Part shown: in pieces, positions 58,669-64,000 of the stretch
How positions within the stretch are numbered: position 1 is the stretch's first letter
Layout of the letters: each line of letters opens with the position of its first letter
Origin: an uncultured Alphaproteobacteria bacterium
GTDB taxonomy: Bacteria > Pseudomonadota > Alphaproteobacteria > Methylaequorales > Methylaequoraceae
Length of the DNA stretch: 64,000 nucleotides
Assembly: GCA_902613995.1 (NCBI GenBank)
Contig: CACMJG010000003.1
Coordinates: 134,054-198,053 of the forward strand
Reading direction: 5' to 3'
Notes under the pieces: model-generated
Database searches by the model: none
Told to the model about the DNA's origin: nothing
The model's input: only the letters and a program-made list of their open reading frames with translations
Made by a program: the position numbers and the translations under genes

Positions 58669-60618
58669 TTAGTTATCAAGAAAACTTCTTAATTTTCTAG
58701 ATCTACTTGGATGTTTAAGCTTTCTCAAACCTTTTGCTTCTATTTGTCTAATTCTTTCCCTAGTAACTGAAAATTGTTGACCAACTTCCTCTAAAGTATG
58801 GTCTGTATTCATACCGATTCCAAATCTCATCCTTAAAACTCTTTCTTCTCTGGGTGTCAGTGTGGAAAGAACACCAGTTGTCGCTTCTCTGAGGTTATTT
58901 TGTATTGCAGCGTCTAATGGCAGTTTGATGTTTTTATCTTCAATAAAATCACCTAGGTGACTGTCATCCTCGTCTCCAACAGGAGTTTCTAGGCTTATCG
59001 GTTCCTTTGCTATTTTCAAAACTTTTCTAACCTTTTCTAACGGCATCCCTAGTCGTGAAGCGAGTTCTTCTGGTTGAGGTTCTACTCCGTTTTCGTTAAG
59101 AATTTGTCTAGATACTCTGACTAGTTTACTTATTGTTTCGATCATGTGAACAGGAATTCTAATAGTTCTAGCTTGGTCAGCAATAGATCGCGTTATTGCT
59201 TGTCTTATCCACCAGGTCGCGTAGGTTGAAAATTTGTAACCTCTTTTATACTCGAACTTATCTACTGCCTTCATTAAGCCAATATTTCCTTCTTGAATTA
59301 AATCAAGAAATTGAAGCCCTCTGTTAGTATATTTTTTTGCTATAGAAATCACTAATCTTAAGTTTGCTTCAATCATTTCCTTTTTTGCCTTACTTGACTG
59401 TATAACTCCCTCATTGGCAAGACTCGAGACTTCTTTTATTTCTTTAATTGTCATCAAGGTAGACAACATTATCTCTTTAAATTTTGAAATGATTTCTTGG
59501 GTTAGTTCTTTTTTTGCGAAAGAAACCCATTTTTTATTATTTTTTTTGGTTAGATTTCTAAGCCAATTTTTATACTGACCATTTTTATTATATTCTTTAT
59601 CAAACTCGTCATTTGGTATCTTGAGCTTCGACGCAATATCATACAATTTTCTCTCTCCAGCTACTATCTGGATATTATACATTCTATGTGTTTCTATAAC
59701 ATCGTCAATTCTGCTTTGGTTTATAAAAATGTTCATAACCTGCTCAGAAACCGATTTTTCTGCAGATTTGATTTTTTTTTCCAATTTGATATCAATTTTT
59801 TTATTTAAAATTCTTAAATTGATATACTCCTCTTTTAATTTCTTATACTTTTTAAATAACTTTGAAAACTTTTCAAGGTTTGAAGTGATGTGTGGCTTGA
59901 GATTTTCTTCCTTTTCCAAAATTGATAAGTCAGATAACTCATTGTTATCATCGGATGACTCAGAATCAAAATCCTCTTGATCTTCCTCATTTGTTTTCTC
60001 TTCCTCATCAACTTGATCATTTTCATCATTATTATTGAAAATTTGCTCGTCTTTAATTGGTATACCTGCATCGAATTCTTCTTGTTCCCCATTTATAGAC
60101 CTAAAAGTAGTATCAAGGTCAATGAAGTCTCTTATCTGACGTTCTCCAACATCATAATCTTCATAATATTTCTGAATTGACATCATAGAGATTATACTTT
60201 TTGAGAAAGCGTCTGCTGTTTTCTTTTTACCCTCTTCTATTCTTTTTGCTATGGCTATTTCTCCAACTCTTGACAAAAGTTCGACATTACCCATTTCTTT
60301 CAAATACATTCTGACAGGATCGTCAGTTCTTCCACTATCATCATCCTTTTCAGTAGCAACTATTCCTGTTTCATTTTCATCATTGGAAGTTTCTTCACTA
60401 TCTTCATCGTATATTTGAATATTGAGGCTTTCGACTTTTGAATAAAATTCTTCTTTGTCGTCGAACTTTTCATTTTCGAGGGCCTTTTCGCATTCAGAGC
60501 GATGTAAGAAACCTTTTTTCTTACCTTTCAAAATTAGTTTTTTAAGACCTTCACTAGACTGATCGATTAATGGCTCTTCTGAATCGTCTTTCTTCGAAGT
60601 AGATAGTTTTTTGTTCAT
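58669..60618 (-). CDS. rpoD: RNA polymerase primary sigma factor
   Basis: 649 aa. Regions 2-4 are conserved ([52 protein letters not shown]). Large acidic non-conserved region. Confidence 0.95.
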   Translation of the reverse strand: MNKKLSTSKKDDSEEPLIDQSSEGLKKLILKGKKKGFLHRSECEKALENEKFDDKEEFYSKVESLNIQIYDEDSEETSNDENETGIVATEKDDDSGRTDDPVRMYLKEMGNVELLSRVGEIAIAKRIEEGKKKTADAFSKSIISMMSIQKYYEDYDVGERQIRDFIDLDTTFRSINGEQEEFDAGIPIKDEQIFNNNDENDQVDEEEKTNEEDQEDFDSESSDDNNELSDLSILEKEENLKPHITSNLEKFSKLFKKYKKLKEEYINLRILNKKIDIKLEKKIKSAEKSVSEQVMNIFINQSRIDDVIETHRMYNIQIVAGERKLYDIASKLKIPNDEFDKEYNKNGQYKNWLRNLTKKNNKKWVSFAKKELTQEIISKFKEIMLSTLMTIKEIKEVSSLANEGVIQSSKAKKEMIEANLRLVISIAKKYTNRGLQFLDLIQEGNIGLMKAVDKFEYKRGYKFSTYATWWIRQAITRSIADQARTIRIPVHMIETISKLVRVSRQILNENGVEPQPEELASRLGMPLEKVRKVLKIAKEPISLETPVGDEDDSHLGDFIEDKNIKLPLDAAIQNNLREATTGVLSTLTPREERVLRMRFGIGMNTDHTLEEVGQQFSVTRERIRQIEAKGLRKLKHPSRSRKLRSFLDN

Positions 60619-60662
60619 GCGAAATATTCTTTTACAACTAATACATGAACTGTGGATGAATA

Positions 60663-62423
60663 TTATTCAAGTCTTTTATTTTGTATGTTCTTAATTTCAG
60701 ATGAAATATTATTATATTTGGTTAATAGGTTTTCAGATATTAATTTTTCAGATGATTCGATGATCTGTTTTTCAATAAACTTTCTTTCCTTTAAAAGATT
60801 AGGTAATCTTAGATTATTAAGAATCTGTCTGAAAAATACTTTTTTTTCTTCTTCATTTAAATTAGCAGTATGTGTTTTTTTAAGTTCTTTAATTTCAATT
60901 AATAAATTTGATTTCAAACTTTTATAATTATTCTCCTCTTCATGAATATATTTAGATTCGGCATCATAATCCTTAAGAACTTCTGTTTTTACCACTTCGA
61001 GGATTACATTAGATAGTTTTATTTGGAAAATCTCTTCATGGTAATCTGTAAGGTAGTTTTTGTAATAAATTATCATTACTAAAAATAGTTTTTCGTTTAT
61101 ATTTTCTATAATTTTGTTTGAACTAGATTTTCGAGTCGAAATAGTTTTTCTTTTATAACTATTCCAAATAAAATCTTCTTTTTTAGATTTTAAGAATCTA
61201 AAATATTCCTTTGAAACTTTTACATCGTCTATTTTCTTAACAATGTCATTTATTTTGTTATCAATCAATGCAATAGACTCTGGTGTGTAATTTTTGACCG
61301 AATTGATTATACCCTCCCAAATTATTACTGAAAGGTCCTTAGCTTTATTTTTTAAAGCAAGAAAATCATCTTTTTTTTTATTTCGAAGAAAAGAGTCAGG
61401 ATCTAAATTTTCAGGAATTAAAATAAACCTTAATGACTTTCCAGGAACCAAAAACTTTAGAACTTTTTCTGCTATTTTCTTTGCAGCATTCTGTCCTGCA
61501 ATGTCTCCATCAAAACAAACGTAAGGTATGTTTGAATAATTCCACATTTTTTTTAATTGCATTTCAGATAATGTTGTTCCAAGAGTTGAAACTGCGTTTT
61601 TGATTCCAGAACTATACATTTTTATAACATCCATATAACCTTCAACCAAGAATATTTCTTTCTCTGACCTTATATTTTCTAAATTTTCTTTGAGACCATA
61701 AAGTAATTGACTCTTTTTAAAGACCAAACTTTCCTGAGAGTTTATATATTTAATCTTTGAATTTTGTATGGTTCTCGCACCAAAACCCACAATTTCATTT
61801 GAGAAGTTATGTATAGGAAAAGTAATGCGTTTACTAAATCTCCCGAAGTATTCTCCTTTGTTATTTTTAATTAAAAGATCAGTTTTCTTTATCTTATCAA
61901 AACCAAAACCCTCTAACTCCAAATATTTCAATAAATCATTATGATCTGGTGCAAAACCAATATTAAAGGTTTTTAAAGCGTCATCAATAATTCCCCTTGC
62001 CTTAATGTATTTGTAGGCAATTGAATTCGTTTTAAGTAATTCTTTAAATAAATTATTACTTTTAAAAAGAATATTGGTAAGAAGTGTTGCTTCTGAGTTG
62101 GATTTACTTTTTCTATGATCATAGACATAAGGAATACCGGAATATTGTGAAATATAAATAAGTGATTCTAAAAATTGTAAGTTTTTATATTTACTTATAA
62201 AATTTATTATATTTCCACCAGCTTTACAGCCGAAACAATGAAAAAGAGACTTTTCGTTATTTACATTAAATGAAGGAGTTTTTTCATTGTGAAATGGACA
62301 ATTACCGACAAATGAATTGCCTCTTTCCACTAAACTAACAAACTGACCAATAAAATCAGATAATCTTACTTTATTGTTAACCTCGTTTAAAAATTGATTT
62401 ACTGAATTGTTATTTTTAATCAT
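60663..62423 (-). CDS. dnaG: DNA primase
   Basis: Zinc finger [13 protein letters not shown]...FHCFGC and a TOPRIM block (EGYMDV). I prefer the ATG at 62423 (MIKNNNS), which overlaps the yqeY stop, over 62450. Confidence 0.9.
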   Translation of the reverse strand: MIKNNNSVNQFLNEVNNKVRLSDFIGQFVSLVERGNSFVGNCPFHNEKTPSFNVNNEKSLFHCFGCKAGGNIINFISKYKNLQFLESLIYISQYSGIPYVYDHRKSKSNSEATLLTNILFKSNNLFKELLKTNSIAYKYIKARGIIDDALKTFNIGFAPDHNDLLKYLELEGFGFDKIKKTDLLIKNNKGEYFGRFSKRITFPIHNFSNEIVGFGARTIQNSKIKYINSQESLVFKKSQLLYGLKENLENIRSEKEIFLVEGYMDVIKMYSSGIKNAVSTLGTTLSEMQLKKMWNYSNIPYVCFDGDIAGQNAAKKIAEKVLKFLVPGKSLRFILIPENLDPDSFLRNKKKDDFLALKNKAKDLSVIIWEGIINSVKNYTPESIALIDNKINDIVKKIDDVKVSKEYFRFLKSKKEDFIWNSYKRKTISTRKSSSNKIIENINEKLFLVMIIYYKNYLTDYHEEIFQIKLSNVILEVVKTEVLKDYDAESKYIHEEENNYKSLKSNLLIEIKELKKTHTANLNEEEKKVFFRQILNNLRLPNLLKERKFIEKQIIESSEKLISENLLTKYNNISSEIKNIQNKRLE

Positions 62424-62880
62424 TGAAGATTGTTTTTGCTTTCTCAGCAACTGTCTGCATGTCTAACTGCCCTGGGTATTTACTTTTTAAGAAGCCTAAA
62501 AGCTTTCCTAAGTCTTTAACAGAGTTAAATCCGTGCTCTTTGATGGTTTCATGTAAAATATTATCGAGTTCATTTGATGTGATTTGATGAGGAAGAAAAG
62601 AGTTTATGATTTCAATTTCTTTTTCTTCTCGTTTTTTTAAATCATCTCTTCCAGCCTCGGAATAAATTTTAACACTCTCTTTCCTTTGTTTAATCATATT
62701 TAAAAGAAGATTTAATATTTCTTCATCAGAGATTGAATCACCCTTCTTTTTAGTTCTATATTGGATGTCATGATCTTTGATAGCTGCTAAAATTAATCTT
62801 ACAGTTGATGTAGCTATTTCATCTCTACTTTTTAAGTTTAAATCAAGAGTGAGCTTTATTTTTTCTCTTAATGATTGCAT
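62416..62880 (-). CDS. yqeY: GatB/YqeY-domain protein
   Basis: MQSLREKIKLTLDLNLKSRDEIATSTVRLILAAIKD is a typical YqeY N-terminus. The track ORF extends to 62937, but the hydrophobic extension is unlikely to be real. Confidence 0.8.
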   Translation of the reverse strand: MQSLREKIKLTLDLNLKSRDEIATSTVRLILAAIKDHDIQYRTKKKGDSISDEEILNLLLNMIKQRKESVKIYSEAGRDDLKKREEKEIEIINSFLPHQITSNELDNILHETIKEHGFNSVKDLGKLLGFLKSKYPGQLDMQTVAEKAKTIFND

Positions 62881-62954
62881 AATTAACAAATAAAAATTCA
62901 ATATTACTATGTAATAGTTGGAATTTAATAATATCAAAGTATATTATTGAACAA

Positions 62955-64000
62955 ATGAAAAATAGTGTCAAAAGAAATGGAAAAAATTGTATTTTGCTTC
63001 TCGATGATGGTTCTCATTTTTTAGGTGTTGGTTCAGGATATTTTGGAGATTTTTTAGGTGAAATTTGCTTTAATACTTCAATTACTGGCTACCAAGAAAT
63101 ATTAACAGATCCATCCTATTTCAATCAAATTATTAACTTCACTTTTCCGCATATTGGGGTGGTGGGTGCTAATTTTGAGGATTATGAAAGTGATAAGATT
63201 TATGCCTCAGGTTGTATAATTAACAATCCAGTATCAGGTGCTTCAAATTTTAGATCTAAAATGGATTTTGAAGAATGGTTAAAACTTAACAAAAAGGTAT
63301 GCGTTTCAAATATTGACACAAGAGCGCTCACAAAAAGAATTAGAAATTTAGGTGCTTGCAAAGCATTAATTCATTTCCCTGAAAATGCTAATTTTGAAAA
63401 TATGACAAATCTTAAAAGTAAATTAATGAAATTTCCTAGTATGAAAAATCTAGATCTAGCATCAGAGACCTCAACAAGTTATATATATAAGTGGTTTAAT
63501 AAAAAAAAATTAAGATCTTTTAAAATACATAAAAAATTTATTGCTGTCATAGACTTCGGTATTAAAAAAAATATTTTGAATATTCTAAGCTCCTCTAAAT
63601 ATGATGTAGTTGTTTTTCCTTACAACTTTTCCTTAGAAGAGGTTATTAAAATGAAACCAGTAGGCTTGTTTCTTTCAAATGGTCCTGGAGATCCTTTAGC
63701 AACCTTCAAAAAGAATAAAGGAAATTTATGTTCTATCAAGAATTTTAAAAAACCTATTTTCGGAATCTGCCTTGGACACCAAATTCTTTCATTAATTTAT
63801 AACGCTAAAACAGAAAAAATGCACCATGGACATCGAGGAGCAAACCATCCAATAAAGAATGTTAAAACCAAAAAGGTTGAAATTACTGTTCAAAACCACG
63901 GTTTTGTTGTATCTAAGAAATCTTTCCCCGATGATTTGAGTATTACTCACACATCACTATTTGATAACACAATAGCTGGGATAGAGGTAAAAAATAAACC
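62955..64000 (+). CDS. carA: carbamoyl-phosphate synthase small (glutaminase) subunit; 5' part, continues beyond the window
   Basis: Not in the track because no stop lies inside the window. My translation reads MKNSVKRNGKNCILLLDDGSHFLGVGSGYFGDFLGEICFNTSITGYQEILTDPSYFNQIINFTFPHIG..., and later GICLGHQ (catalytic Cys). Confidence 0.9.
   Translation, partial: MKNSVKRNGKNCILLLDDGSHFLGVGSGYFGDFLGEICFNTSITGYQEILTDPSYFNQIINFTFPHIGVVGANFEDYESDKIYASGCIINNPVSGASNFRSKMDFEEWLKLNKKVCVSNIDTRALTKRIRNLGACKALIHFPENANFENMTNLKSKLMKFPSMKNLDLASETSTSYIYKWFNKKKLRSFKIHKKFIAVIDFGIKKNILNILSSSKYDVVVFPYNFSLEEVIKMKPVGLFLSNGPGDPLATFKKNKGNLCSIKNFKKPIFGICLGHQILSLIYNAKTEKMHHGHRGANHPIKNVKTKKVEITVQNHGFVVSKKSFPDDLSITHTSLFDNTIAGIEVKNK

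Noticed and set aside
1-64000. Scanned for CRISPR arrays, IS elements or transposases, prophage genes, rRNA genes, toxin-antitoxin pairs and known defence-system signatures.
   Set aside because: None found. The only repeats are the ssrA 3' duplication, short tandem motifs and homopolymer runs. The YwqK/MORN-type protein has a signal peptide and no adjacent toxin-like gene.

Overview
The window is a very AT-rich, tightly packed chromosomal segment. Gene content points to a streamlined marine alphaproteobacterium, possibly Pelagibacterales-like. The supporting signs are a two-piece tmRNA, an alpha-type SspB, thyX and hflKC-degP; this taxon call is inference. Most of the window is core housekeeping.

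Gene order, left to right:
- ilvB (partial), miaA, degP, hflC, hflK, apbC and thyX.
- A permuted ssrA (tmRNA).
- An accessory-looking block of about 13 kb (7.8-21.3 kb).
- sspB, fumC, an AsmA-like gene, an SH3b-domain gene, ampD and RNase P RNA.
- A complete dcw cell-wall and division cluster (mraZ to ftsA, then lpxC), followed by bamD and recN.
- On the minus strand: pepP, prmA, uvrD, metH (as two ORFs) and metF.
- mlaA, mlaC, one tRNA(CAT), the yqeY-dnaG-rpoD operon and the start of carA.

I saw no integrase, transposase, CRISPR array, rRNA or recognisable defence genes.

The accessory block begins with a direct duplication of the tmRNA 3' end, which looks like an att-type scar. It is dominated by metal-related genes:
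- an unannotated 49-aa ORF with 14 cysteines (metallothionein-like), next to zur;
- a MacB/FtsX-type ABC transporter whose permease carries a His-rich loop, plus a DUF3299-like protein;
- an orphan TupA-like binding protein;
- a TonB-dependent receptor and a secreted MBL-fold hydrolase, transcribed divergently from a spacer with four Fur boxes.

Other points worth a second look:
- ftsZ sits between mraZ and rsmH instead of after ftsA.
- metH is split exactly at the Hcy-domain/pterin-domain junction.
- The mraZ promoter carries three TGGGN-type repeats at 10-bp phasing.
- A 24-codon ORF is preceded by a 13-nt perfect Shine-Dalgarno sequence.
- miaA contains a 17-nt poly(A) run.

Coordinates of features I derived by eye (not from the ORF track) may be off by 1-2 nt.
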